Assembly (NCBI GenBank): GCA_022340925.1 | Contig: JAJDNA010000042.1 | Location: forward strand, 45,612-109,611 | Direction: 5' to 3' | Length of the DNA: 64,000 nt | Origin: Thiocapsa sp. | GTDB lineage: Bacteria > Pseudomonadota > Gammaproteobacteria > Chromatiales > Chromatiaceae | Shown: positions 9,567 through 18,648 of the stretch, one piece after another | How the letters are laid out: each line of letters opens with the position of its first letter | Numbering within the stretch: position 1 is the first letter of the stretch | The notes under the pieces: model-generated | The model's input: the letters and a program-made list of their open reading frames with translations, nothing else | What the model was told of the DNA's origin: nothing | The model's database searches: none | Position numbers and translations under genes: made by a program

Positions 9567-10733
9567 TCAGGATTTCCCCGGCGCCAAACAGAACCGCCGG
9601 ATCAGGGCACGCAGCAGCTCGAGCGTCGGGGTGATCCGATCCAGCGCCAGGTATTCGTCGGGTTGGTGGGCCTGGGCGATGTCTCCGGGGCCGAGCACGA
9701 TGGTCTCCATCCCGAGCTGATTCAGAAAAGGCGCCTCGGTACCGAAGCTGACCGCCTCGGCAACATGACCGGTCAGGGCCTCGGCCGCGCGCACGAGGGC
9801 CGAGCCGGCGGGCGTCTCGGCAGCCGGGACGGACTCGAACAGGGGCTCGACCTGCCAGATGAGTCCGCGTCGCTCGGCAACCGTCGCGACTCGGCGGCTC
9901 AGCTCTGCGCGCACATCCGCCGGACTCAGAGCCGGCAGGATGCGCAGGTCCAGGTGCAGCTCGCATTCCCCGCAGATGCGGTTCGGATTGTCCCCGCCAT
10001 GGATATGGCCGAGGTTGAGGGTCGGGTGCGGGATCTTGAAGGCGGGGTGACGATGGGCCTGCTGGAGCTCGGCGCGCCAGGCCATGAGGGCGCCGATGAC
10101 ATCATACATGCCCTCCATGGCGTTGTTGCCCAGGGTCGGGTCGCTCGCGTGGCCGCTGCGTCCAACCAACCGGATGGACTCCCCCATCACCCCCTTGTGC
10201 AGACGCACCGGCCGCAGACCCGTCGGCTCACCGATGACCGCATAACGCCCGAGCGGCCGCCCGGCCGCGACCAGGGCGCGTGCGCCGTGCATGGCGGACT
10301 CTTCGTCGGCCGTGGCGAGGATCATCAGGGGCCGGGTGAGGTCCGCTGCCGCCAACCCCCGCGCCGCCTCGATGGCGAGTCCGAGGAATGACTTCATGTC
10401 GGAGGTGCCGAGCCCATAGTAGCGCCCGTCCGACTCCGTCAGCCGCAGCGGATCATGTTTCCAGAGATGCGCGTCGAACGGGACCGTGTCGGTGTGTCCG
10501 GACAGGACCAGACCGCCCGGGCCGCGACCCAGGGTCGCGAGGAGATTGGCCTTGTCGGGCCGGCCGGGGATCGAAAGGATCTCCACCCGGAATCCGGCCG
10601 ATTCCAGCCAGGAGGCGAGCAGGTCGATCAGGGGGCGGTTGCTGTGGTCGAAAGCAGGCGTGACGCTGCTGACCGATAAGGTCCGGATCAAGCCCTCGAG
10701 CATGCTGGTGAGGGATGGTGCCTGGTTGGACAT
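9567..10733 (-). CDS. argE: Acetylornithine deacetylase
   Basis: The ATG at 10733 (MSNQAPSLTSMLEGLI) gives 388 aa. M20 peptidase motifs LVLSGHTDTVPFD and ATADEES are present. It sits next to argH. Confidence 0.85.
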   Translation of the reverse strand: MSNQAPSLTSMLEGLIRTLSVSSVTPAFDHSNRPLIDLLASWLESAGFRVEILSIPGRPDKANLLATLGRGPGGLVLSGHTDTVPFDAHLWKHDPLRLTESDGRYYGLGTSDMKSFLGLAIEAARGLAAADLTRPLMILATADEESAMHGARALVAAGRPLGRYAVIGEPTGLRPVRLHKGVMGESIRLVGRSGHASDPTLGNNAMEGMYDVIGALMAWRAELQQAHRHPAFKIPHPTLNLGHIHGGDNPNRICGECELHLDLRILPALSPADVRAELSRRVATVAERRGLIWQVEPLFESVPAAETPAGSALVRAAEALTGHVAEAVSFGTEAPFLNQLGMETIVLGPGDIAQAHQPDEYLALDRITPTLELLRALIRRFCLAPGKS

Positions 10734-10920
10734 GAAAACTCCCGCCGGGCGCTGATACCCCGGTCGTGGTGTGCGTCGTCGTTCGAGTGTTCGCAGCTCG
10801 GGCCCCACCATTGGCTTGCATTTTTCGACACGGCGGATAGATTGACCCGAGCTTATCCCGCCGCCGCGTCGCCTGCCAGTGCCGACCGATCCGACCAGCG
10901 AGACTGTCCCGCAAGCGCCC

Positions 10921-12048
10921 ATGCGCATCCGCCCCGCAGTGCTCGCGGACGTGAGCGCCTTGACCCGTTTGGAGATCGCAAGCTTCGACAGCGACCGCCT
11001 AACCCGTCGACAGTTCCGCTACATGCTGACCCGTGCGCGCGCCCGCACGCTGGTCGCGGAAGCCGAGGGCGTCCTGCTGGGGTATGTGATGGTTCTCTTC
11101 AGCCGCGCCACCTCGGTGGCGCGGCTCTACTCCATCGCGGTGGCGGCACAGGCGCGTGGGCGGGGTGTCGGACACGCGCTGGTTGCGGCCGCCGAAGCCT
11201 CTGCCTGGGAGCAGGAGCGCGCCTACATGCGTCTAGAGATTCGCCGCGACAATGTCACCTCCCAGGCACTCTTCGAGCATGCGGGTTACCGGCGCTTCGG
11301 GGTCCTGTCGAATTACTATGCCGACCACATGGAGGCGCTGCGTTACGAGAAGACGCTCTCCCCGGAGCGGAAGCCGGAGTTGAAGCGGGTGCCCTTCTAC
11401 GAGCAGACACTGGATTTCACCTGCGGCTCCTCTTCCCTGATGATGGCGATGCAGGCGCTGCGCCCGAGCCTCGATCTGAACCGCACCTTGGAGCTGCGGA
11501 TCTGGCGGGAGTCCACGACGATCTTCATGACCTCGGGTCATGGGGGCTGCGGTCCCTTGGGGCTGGCCCTGTCGGCCCATGCGAGAGGGTTCGCCGTACA
11601 GATCTACGTCAACGACCCCGGCGTCCCGCTCGTCGACTCGGTGCGCAGCCCCGAGAAGAAGGAGGTGATGCGCCTGGTCCACGAAGACATGCTTGCCGAG
11701 GCGCAGCGCCTGGGTATCCCGGTCAACCACGGAACCCTCAGCGTGGAGGATCTGCAACAGCACTGGGATGCCGGCGCCGTGCCCCTGGTGATGATCAGCT
11801 CCTACCGCATCTATCGCGAGCGATTTCCCCATTGGGTCGTCATCACGGGGTTCGACGAGCACTTCGTCTATGTCCACGACCCATATGTCGACTACGCCAA
11901 CGGAGAGACCACGCTGGATTCAATCGATATGCCCATTCGACGGGACGACTTCAGCCGCATGGCCCGCTACGGACGCGTCAGGCTGCGGGCCGTCGTCCTC
12001 GTCTCCCTTCCCCAGACCACCGCGACCAGGGGAGCCTCCGGTGGCTGA
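10921..12048 (+). CDS. GNAT N-acetyltransferase fused to a C39-like (papain-fold) peptidase domain
   Basis: The N-terminal part MRIRPAVLADVSALTRLE...RLYSIAVAAQARGRGVGHALV (Q/RxxGxG/A acetyl-CoA loop) resembles RimI. The C-terminal part has DFTCGSSSLMMAM (candidate nucleophile Cys, codon 11422-11424) and FPHWVVITGFD (candidate His, 11830-11832). The track start GTG at 10879 is an alternative. Confidence 0.75.
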   Translation: MRIRPAVLADVSALTRLEIASFDSDRLTRRQFRYMLTRARARTLVAEAEGVLLGYVMVLFSRATSVARLYSIAVAAQARGRGVGHALVAAAEASAWEQERAYMRLEIRRDNVTSQALFEHAGYRRFGVLSNYYADHMEALRYEKTLSPERKPELKRVPFYEQTLDFTCGSSSLMMAMQALRPSLDLNRTLELRIWRESTTIFMTSGHGGCGPLGLALSAHARGFAVQIYVNDPGVPLVDSVRSPEKKEVMRLVHEDMLAEAQRLGIPVNHGTLSVEDLQQHWDAGAVPLVMISSYRIYRERFPHWVVITGFDEHFVYVHDPYVDYANGETTLDSIDMPIRRDDFSRMARYGRVRLRAVVLVSLPQTTATRGASGG

Positions 12049-13522
12049 GCACATCCTGCTGGTCGAGCAACAGGCCGACTGGAAGCCGGGCTTTCCGCGT
12101 CTGCCTGTGGTCACGGCGCGCGATTATCTCGCCGGCGGAGAGCTGGCGTCCAAGCGCGACCTGCGAGTCATCAATCTCTGCCGCAGCTATCGCTATCTCT
12201 CCGTCGGCTACTATTGCTCGCTGCTGGCTGAGGCGAGGGGCCACAAGGTGATTCCGACCGTGCGGACGATCCAGGAGCTCTCGAGCCGAGAGCTCTACAG
12301 CCTTTCCACCGAGGAGCTGGACGGACTGGTGCAGCGCTTGCTGGGGCGGCGCAAGACCTCCGCGCTCGCCCCCACGGCCTATGAGTTGACCATCTGCTTC
12401 GGCCAGTGTGACGTCAAGGAGCTGCAGCACCTGGCCCGCGAGATCTTCGAGACCTTCCGCTGCCCGATCCTGCGCGTGGACTTTCGGCTTAACGGAACCT
12501 GGCGCATCGGTGCCATCAAGGCGCTGCCGCTGGCCGCCGTTCCAGCCCACGGCGAAGGCCCTCTGTTCACCGCGCTCGAGGGCTATCTGTCGCAGCGCTG
12601 GCGCCAGCCGCGGGCGCGCCTCTCCTACCGATACGATCTGGCCGTCCTCCAGGATCCTGCCGAAGAGCTTCCGCCTTCCGACGCGAAGGCGCTGCAGCGC
12701 TTCGTCAAGGTCGGAAAGTCGTTGGGTGTCAACGTGGAGCTTATCCAGCGCCGGGACTACAGCCGACTCGCCGAGTACGACGCCCTTTTCATCCGCGAGA
12801 CGACGCGGATCGGTCACCATACCTTTCGCTTCGCCAAAAAGGCCGACAGCGAGGGCATGGTGGTCATCGACGACCCGGACTCGATTCTGCGGTGTACGAA
12901 CAAGGTCTATCTGGCCGAGCTCTTGGCCGCGCATCGCATCCCGCGACCCAAGACCCTGGTCTTGCGTAAGGAGAACCTGATGGAGGCCGAGGAGCGGATC
13001 GGTTATCCGGTCGTGCTCAAGATCCCGGAGGGGTCCTTCTCGCGGGGGGTCTTCAGGGCGGAGGATCGCGCCGGACTGACGCGGATCGCCGCAAGACTCT
13101 TCAAAGAGTCCGATCTGATACTGGCGCAGGAGTATCTCTACACGCCGTTCGACTGGCGCATCGGCATCCTCGGCCGCCACCCCTTCTATGCCTGCAAGTA
13201 TCTGATGAGCCGCGATCATTGGCAGATCGTCAAACATCGGTCCGATGGCCGCCACGAGCAGGGCGGGTTCGAGACGCTGTCGGTGGAGGAGGTCCCGCCA
13301 ACGGTCCTGAAGACCGCCCTGAAGGCTGCCGATCTGATCGGTGACGGCCTGTATGGGGTCGATCTCAAGGAGACGCCGGCCGGACCGGTCGTGATCGAGG
13401 TCAACGACAATCCGAGCCTGGATGCGGGGGTCGAGGACAAGGTGCTGGGCGACCAGCTCTACGCACGCCTGATCAGTGAATTCGTTGCGCGTCTCGAGCG
13501 GATGCGCGCGGGCAAGCGCTGA
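12041..13522 (+). CDS. RimK-family ATP-grasp ligase with about 200-aa N-terminal extension
   Basis: The GTG at 12041 is preceded by GGAG and overlaps the upstream TGA (GTGGCTGA). The C-terminal ATP-grasp is YPVVLKIPEGSFSRGVF...ILAQEYLYTPFDWRIGIL...GLYGVDLKETPAGPVVIEVNDNPSLDAGVE. The track ORF 11870.. extends implausibly into the previous gene. Confidence 0.8.
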   Translation: MAEHILLVEQQADWKPGFPRLPVVTARDYLAGGELASKRDLRVINLCRSYRYLSVGYYCSLLAEARGHKVIPTVRTIQELSSRELYSLSTEELDGLVQRLLGRRKTSALAPTAYELTICFGQCDVKELQHLAREIFETFRCPILRVDFRLNGTWRIGAIKALPLAAVPAHGEGPLFTALEGYLSQRWRQPRARLSYRYDLAVLQDPAEELPPSDAKALQRFVKVGKSLGVNVELIQRRDYSRLAEYDALFIRETTRIGHHTFRFAKKADSEGMVVIDDPDSILRCTNKVYLAELLAAHRIPRPKTLVLRKENLMEAEERIGYPVVLKIPEGSFSRGVFRAEDRAGLTRIAARLFKESDLILAQEYLYTPFDWRIGILGRHPFYACKYLMSRDHWQIVKHRSDGRHEQGGFETLSVEEVPPTVLKTALKAADLIGDGLYGVDLKETPAGPVVIEVNDNPSLDAGVEDKVLGDQLYARLISEFVARLERMRAGKR

Positions 13523-13529
13523 TCCTCGG

Positions 13530-15017
13530 ATGTCATCCCCTTCGCCGACCGCCAGCGCCGAGCGCCTGCCGCGCGCGCAAGCCGCGCCCCGTCTTGCCCC
13601 CGCTGACATCGCCGCCTCGGCCCTGGAGCGGTACCGTCCGCTGATCGATGACTGGGACGCTTTCGCCGCAGCACTCGGCCGGCCGCTCCCGCCCTGTGTC
13701 TGGGCCAATCCGAGCCGGATTTCGGTCACCGAGCTCGCCGAGCTGCTCGCCGAGCAGGGACTGCAGCCGCATCCGGTGGCCGGCCTTCCCGACGCCTTGC
13801 GACTGCCCGCCGAAACCAAGGCCGGCCGGCACTGGTGGTACTGCGCCGGCCTGGCCCATGCCCAGGAGGAGGTGTCACAACTGCCGGTCAGGCTCATGGA
13901 CTTGACGCCGGGGCATCGGGTGCTGGATCTCTGCGCGGCTCCAGGCGGCAAGACCGCCCAGATCGCCTTTGCCTTGGGCAATCGCGGAACCCTTGTCGCC
14001 AATGACATCGCCAGCGGGCGGCTCAAGTCGCTACAGGGTAATCTCGACCGTCTGGGCGTCGTCAACGTGACCACGACCTGCTGCGACGGCGCCAACTGGC
14101 CCGCCGCGGGCGGGCAGTTCGACCGCGTCCTGGTGGACGTGCCCTGTTCCGGCGAGGGTACCCTGAGACGCAACCCGTCTTTGCTGGCGCGTCTTGATCC
14201 GGCGATGGCTGCACGTCTCGGCGCGCGCCAGCGCGCCTTGCTGCGCAAGGCCGTGCAGCGCTGTCGCCCCGGGGGGCGTATTCTCTACTCGACCTGTACC
14301 TTTGCCCCGGAGGAGAACGAGCTGGTGGTGGCGGACATCCTGGCCGAGCTCCCCGGCCGGGTCCGCCTCCTGCCCGCAACGATCCCCGGGTTCATCACCA
14401 AGCCGGGTGTCACCGCTTGGCAGGGACGGGAGATGCCGCCCGAGCTGGTCCGCTGCCTCCGTGTCTGGCCCCATCATCAGGACACGGGCGGCTTCTTCAT
14501 GGCCGTACTCGAGAAGGACGTTCGATCCCTGACGGAGTCTCCGCCCGAGCTCGCCCGGCTGGACACCGCCGAGGCCGCTGGATGGCTCGCTGGTCTGGAC
14601 GCCAAATACGGCCTCGGCGCCGCCTACTGGTCGGGCTTCCGTGCCCACCGTCAAACCCGGCGCGGACTCCACCTGATGGCGTCCGACCACGCCCCGCCAT
14701 CGGAGCCCCGCGCGGAGTCGAGTGGTTTGTTCTTTCACCGCACCAGCGTCCGCCCACCCAAACCCAGCACCGGCGGCGCCATGCTGTTTGGCCGCGACGC
14801 GACACGCTTTCGGGTCGCGCTCGACACCCAGCAGCGAGATCGGTACCTGCGCCGCGAGACCTTCGCCCCGACCCCCGCGCAGCGCGCCGCCATGCCGCCG
14901 GGCCAGATCGTCGTGACCTACCGCGGTTACGTCCTGGGCGTGGCGGTATTGCACCGCTCCGGGGTGATCGAGAGCCTCTTTCCCCGCCGCTGGAGCGGAT
15001 GCACATCGGCGGGTTAA
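13530..15017 (+). CDS. rsmF: RsmB/RsmF-family 16S rRNA cytosine-C5 methyltransferase
   Basis: VLDLCAAPGGKT (SAM motif I), DRVLVDVPCSGEGTLRRNP (motif IV, catalytic Cys) and ILYSTCT (motif VI Cys) are present. The ATG lies 8 nt after the RimK-like stop. Confidence 0.8.
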   Translation: MSSPSPTASAERLPRAQAAPRLAPADIAASALERYRPLIDDWDAFAAALGRPLPPCVWANPSRISVTELAELLAEQGLQPHPVAGLPDALRLPAETKAGRHWWYCAGLAHAQEEVSQLPVRLMDLTPGHRVLDLCAAPGGKTAQIAFALGNRGTLVANDIASGRLKSLQGNLDRLGVVNVTTTCCDGANWPAAGGQFDRVLVDVPCSGEGTLRRNPSLLARLDPAMAARLGARQRALLRKAVQRCRPGGRILYSTCTFAPEENELVVADILAELPGRVRLLPATIPGFITKPGVTAWQGREMPPELVRCLRVWPHHQDTGGFFMAVLEKDVRSLTESPPELARLDTAEAAGWLAGLDAKYGLGAAYWSGFRAHRQTRRGLHLMASDHAPPSEPRAESSGLFFHRTSVRPPKPSTGGAMLFGRDATRFRVALDTQQRDRYLRRETFAPTPAQRAAMPPGQIVVTYRGYVLGVAVLHRSGVIESLFPRRWSGCTSAG

Positions 15018-15203
15018 GCTAAGATACATTCGCCGCCGGGGCGCCGTCCTGATGGCGTGACCGTTTAATCCCGTCGCAGGGCCAAGGATCCGGGGCGTGG
15101 CGAATCGGTGTGGCTACGACGCGGCTGATGGCCGGCCGAAGATCGCCTCCGATACCCGGCCCCCGCGCCGATCCGTCACGATACATCACCGGTTCGAGGC
15201 CGT

Positions 15204-16268
15204 ATGACACTCTCCCTACAAGGTCTCTATCAGCTGCTGCGGATCCCGCTGGCGGTCCAGGACGACATCGAGATCCGCGGCGTCAGCAGCCTGGAGCATG
15301 CCGGCCCCCAGGATCTCTGCTTCGCCGAGGACGCCGGACAGGCAGACGCGGTTTCCAGGAGCGCAGCCTTGCTCGTGCTTGTCGGCGAGGGTTTCCCGGA
15401 GATCCCCGGCAAGCGGCTGCTGCGCGTTTCGGCGCCGCGTGACCTCTTCTTCGAGATCGCTCTGCGGTTCGTCCCTGACTCGATCAATCAGGGCGTTCAT
15501 CCGACTGCGGTGATCGACCTGGATGCCAGGCTCGGCACCGGTGTGGAGGTCGGCGCCTGTGCCGTGATTGCCGCGGGAGTCAGGGTCGGGTCCGGCTCCC
15601 GCATCGGTCCCGGCGTCTATTTGGGCCCAGGTGTGCGGATTGGGAACGACTGTCTGCTCGGCGCCAATGTCACCGTGCTGGGAGGATCGGTGCTGGGGGA
15701 CCGCTGCATCCTGCATCCGGGCGCGCGCATTGGCGGTGATGGTTTCGGTTATCGATGGGACGGGACCGCCCACCGGAAGGTGCCCCAGCTCGGATGCGTC
15801 GTCATCGAGGATGACGTGGAAGTCGGATGCAACAGCTGCATCGATCGGGCAACGCTGGGCATCACTCGGATCGGGCGCGGCACCAAGATCGACAACCTGG
15901 TGCAGGTCGCCCATAACGTCTCCATCGGCCCGCACAGCATTCTGGTCAGCCAATCAGGAATCGCGGGAAGCTCCTCCCTCGGGCAGGGTGTTGTGCTGGC
16001 CGGCCAGGTGGCGATCTCGGACCATCTGAAGGTGGGAGACGGCGCTCGGATCGGGGGGCAGGCCGGCGTGGTCAAGGACGTGCCCGCCATGGCGGCGATG
16101 TTCGGGACGCCCGCGCGCCCGCTCAAGCAGGCGTTGCGCGAAAGCGCCGCACTGACTCGGCTTCCGGGTGCACTGAGGCAGATGGAGCGTCAGCAGCAGA
16201 CGATCGATCAGCTGGAAGCCCGCCTAGCGAGTCTGGAAGAGGCATCCCGGACTGTCGCTGGCGATTGA
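15204..16268 (+). CDS. lpxD: UDP-3-O-acylglucosamine N-acyltransferase
   Basis: 354 aa. The N-terminal uridine-binding domain is followed by a long run of hexapeptide repeats (IGxxxxIGxxVxIG...). The LpxD-typical [13 protein letters not shown] segment and a C-terminal helix are present. Confidence 0.85.
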   Translation: MTLSLQGLYQLLRIPLAVQDDIEIRGVSSLEHAGPQDLCFAEDAGQADAVSRSAALLVLVGEGFPEIPGKRLLRVSAPRDLFFEIALRFVPDSINQGVHPTAVIDLDARLGTGVEVGACAVIAAGVRVGSGSRIGPGVYLGPGVRIGNDCLLGANVTVLGGSVLGDRCILHPGARIGGDGFGYRWDGTAHRKVPQLGCVVIEDDVEVGCNSCIDRATLGITRIGRGTKIDNLVQVAHNVSIGPHSILVSQSGIAGSSSLGQGVVLAGQVAISDHLKVGDGARIGGQAGVVKDVPAMAAMFGTPARPLKQALRESAALTRLPGALRQMERQQQTIDQLEARLASLEEASRTVAGD

Positions 16269-16382
16269 CCTCAATGGTCTGTCTATGACGGGCCAATGAC
16301 GGTCGCATCGCTTTCCCCCCTGATATTTGTTATAAACCGTACGGGTTTATCACCAATACGACTGCTGCACTGAGGAGACCCA

Positions 16383-18389
16383 ATGTCCTTCAACGCGTTG
16401 ATCCCACTCTCGCTCGGCATGCTCGGGCTGGGGGCGGCCTACTACATCTATACGCTGGTCTTGCAGTATCCGGAAGGCGAGGAAAAGATCAAAAAGATCG
16501 CCGATGAAATCCATCTCGGGGCGATGGTGTTCATGAAACGCGAGCTGCTTCTCCTGAGCGTCTTTTGCGTTGTCGTATTGATCCTGCTGCTCTACTTCCT
16601 TGGCTGGAAGACCGCCTTGGCCTTCGTGATCGGCGCAGGGGCATCCGCAACCGCCGGGTTCCTTGGAATGTTCTCCGCGACCAAGGCCAATGTCCGGACC
16701 ACCACCGCCGCGCATGGGCGGGGCGCCCCGGAAGCACTCACCGTCGCCTTCTTCGGCGGCTCGGTCATGGGTCTGCTGGTTGCGTCACTGGGATTGCTGG
16801 GTCTCGGCTTTCTCTATCTGCTCTTCGGCGGTGATCCCGAAACCTCTCACGCCATCCATGGCTTCGGTGTGGGGGCCTCGTCAGTCGCGCTCTTTTATCG
16901 CGTCGGCGGCGGTATCTTCACCAAGAGCGCGGATGTCGGGGCCGACCTCGTCGGTAAGATCGAGGCCGGTATTCCAGAGGACGATCCTCGCAATCCGGGG
17001 GTCATTGCCGACAATGTGGGCGACAATGTGGGCGACGTGGCCGGCATGGGATCGGACATCTTCGAATCCTATTGCGGTGCCCAGATCGCCACCATTGCGA
17101 TCGCGGCGACCATGTCGGCCGCGACCCTGGCGGTGCTGGGCTCCCAGTCGGCGCTCATGTTTCTGCCGCTGGCGCTGGCCTCGGTCGGACTGCTCTGCTC
17201 GATCGCCGGCGTCTTTCTTGTCAAGGCGGTCTCGGCGACCAAGCCCGCGACGGCCCTGCGCACCGGAACCATCGGGGCCAGCCTGCTCTTCATCGGGACG
17301 TCTTATCTGGTCGTGTGGCTCGTCGATGTCTCCAATCACATCTGGTGGTCTGTTCTCGCCGGCGCGCTCGGCGGCATCGTCATCGGCTTGGTGACCGAGT
17401 ACTATACCTCGGCTGCGCCGGTGCGCCGCATCGCTAAGTCGGGTGAGACAGGGACCGCGACGGTCATGATCTCCGGCTTGGCGGTGGGGATGCAATCGGT
17501 CGTAATCCCGGTTTTCACGATCGCGCTGATCATCTTTGTCTCCAGTCAGTTGGCCGGCCTTTACGGGGTCGGTATCGCCGCTGTCGGCATGCTGGCCACG
17601 GTCGGGATCACCATGGCGATCGACGCCTACGGCCCGGTTGCCGACAATGCGGGCGGTATCGCCGAGATGGGTGGTCTGGGTTCGGAGACCCGAGGCATCA
17701 CCGACTCGCTCGATGAGTTGGGCAATACCACGGCCGCCATCGGCAAGGGTTTCGCCATCGGGGCGGCGGCCCTCGCCGCCTTGACCATCATTGCCGCCTA
17801 CATCGAGACGCTGCACGCGCAGATCCCGGACTTTTCCTTGAGCCTCGGCGATCCCAACGTCCTGATGGGGATGCTGATCGGCGGTGCGATTCCGTTCCTC
17901 ATCGCTGCGATCACCATGACCGCGGTAGGTGATGCCGCCTTCGCCATGATCAACGAGATCCGTCGCCAGTTCCATGAGATTCCGGGACTGCTGGAAGGCA
18001 CCGGCGAACCGGACACCGCGCGCTGCGTCGATATCGCCACCACGGCGGCGATCAAGAAGATGATCCTGCCCGGCGTGATCGCGGTTAGCGCACCGGCGCT
18101 GGTCGGATTCGGTATCGGACCCCAGGCACTGGGCGGCATGCTGGGCGGTGCACTGCTCGCGGGCGTGCTGCTCGCCTTGACCATGGCCAACTCAGGCGGC
18201 GCTTGGGACAACGCCAAGAAGTACGTGGAGAAGGGCAATCTCGGCGGCAAGGGATCGACGGTGCACGCGGCCACCGTGGTCGGCGACACCGTCGGCGACC
18301 CCTTCAAGGACACCTCCGGTCCCGCGATGAACATCCTGATCAACGTGATGGCCATCGTCAGCTTGACGATCGCGCCGCTGCTGGGCTGA
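16383..18389 (+). CDS. hppA: Membrane-bound proton-translocating pyrophosphatase
   Basis: 668 aa, about 16 TM segments. Signature motifs [27 protein letters not shown] and [10 protein letters not shown] are present. GAGGAG lies 6 nt upstream of the ATG. Confidence 0.95.
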   Translation: MSFNALIPLSLGMLGLGAAYYIYTLVLQYPEGEEKIKKIADEIHLGAMVFMKRELLLLSVFCVVVLILLLYFLGWKTALAFVIGAGASATAGFLGMFSATKANVRTTTAAHGRGAPEALTVAFFGGSVMGLLVASLGLLGLGFLYLLFGGDPETSHAIHGFGVGASSVALFYRVGGGIFTKSADVGADLVGKIEAGIPEDDPRNPGVIADNVGDNVGDVAGMGSDIFESYCGAQIATIAIAATMSAATLAVLGSQSALMFLPLALASVGLLCSIAGVFLVKAVSATKPATALRTGTIGASLLFIGTSYLVVWLVDVSNHIWWSVLAGALGGIVIGLVTEYYTSAAPVRRIAKSGETGTATVMISGLAVGMQSVVIPVFTIALIIFVSSQLAGLYGVGIAAVGMLATVGITMAIDAYGPVADNAGGIAEMGGLGSETRGITDSLDELGNTTAAIGKGFAIGAAALAALTIIAAYIETLHAQIPDFSLSLGDPNVLMGMLIGGAIPFLIAAITMTAVGDAAFAMINEIRRQFHEIPGLLEGTGEPDTARCVDIATTAAIKKMILPGVIAVSAPALVGFGIGPQALGGMLGGALLAGVLLALTMANSGGAWDNAKKYVEKGNLGGKGSTVHAATVVGDTVGDPFKDTSGPAMNILINVMAIVSLTIAPLLG

Positions 18390-18415
18390 AGGCGTTCAGC
18401 CGCGGTCTTGAGCCC

Positions 18416-18438
18416 GGGGGGCGCCTGGCCCCCCTTTG
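18416..18438 (+). terminator. Rho-independent terminator candidate after hppA
   Basis: GGGGGGC (18416-22), loop GCCTG, GCCCCCC (18428-34), then TTTG. It lies 27 nt after the hppA stop. Confidence 0.5.
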
Positions 18439-18459
18439 CGTGGTTGAACCGCGTCAGGC

Positions 18460-18630
18460 ATGAGAGCGTCCGGTCTCGTGTGGGACCGTGGTGATGTCGT
18501 GATCCTGACGGGAGACGCTTACGTCGATCATCCCTCGTTCGGAGTGGCGATCGCCGGGCGCCTGCTGGAGGCGCAGGGGTCTCGTCTCGGCATCATCGCC
18601 CAGCCGGACTGTACCGCACGAGGATTTGCG
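18460..18630 (+). pseudogene. ygiQ: N-terminal remnant of a YgiQ-family (UPF0313) radical SAM protein
   Basis: [43 protein letters not shown] matches the highly conserved YgiQ N-terminus (E. coli: [41 protein letters not shown]). Full-length proteins are over 700 aa. Here similarity ends about 20 nt before the 3' end of the opposite-strand gene. No CxxxCxxC motif follows. Confidence 0.6.
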
Positions 18631-18648
18631 GTAACGGATATCCTGCGC

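Noticed and set aside
9552-9571. CCTGAAT-CTGACC-ATTCAGG hairpin as a bidirectional terminator between the MazG-like gene and argE
   Set aside because: The perfect 7-bp stem overlaps the argE stop codon. It is AT-rich and short and has no T-tract on either strand. It is recorded as a possible weak structure only.
11978-14248. 756-aa minus-strand ORF
   Set aside because: It is antisense to the RimK-like and RsmF-like genes, which have clear catalytic motifs. The ORF itself is Arg/Ala/Gly-rich with no recognisable domain.
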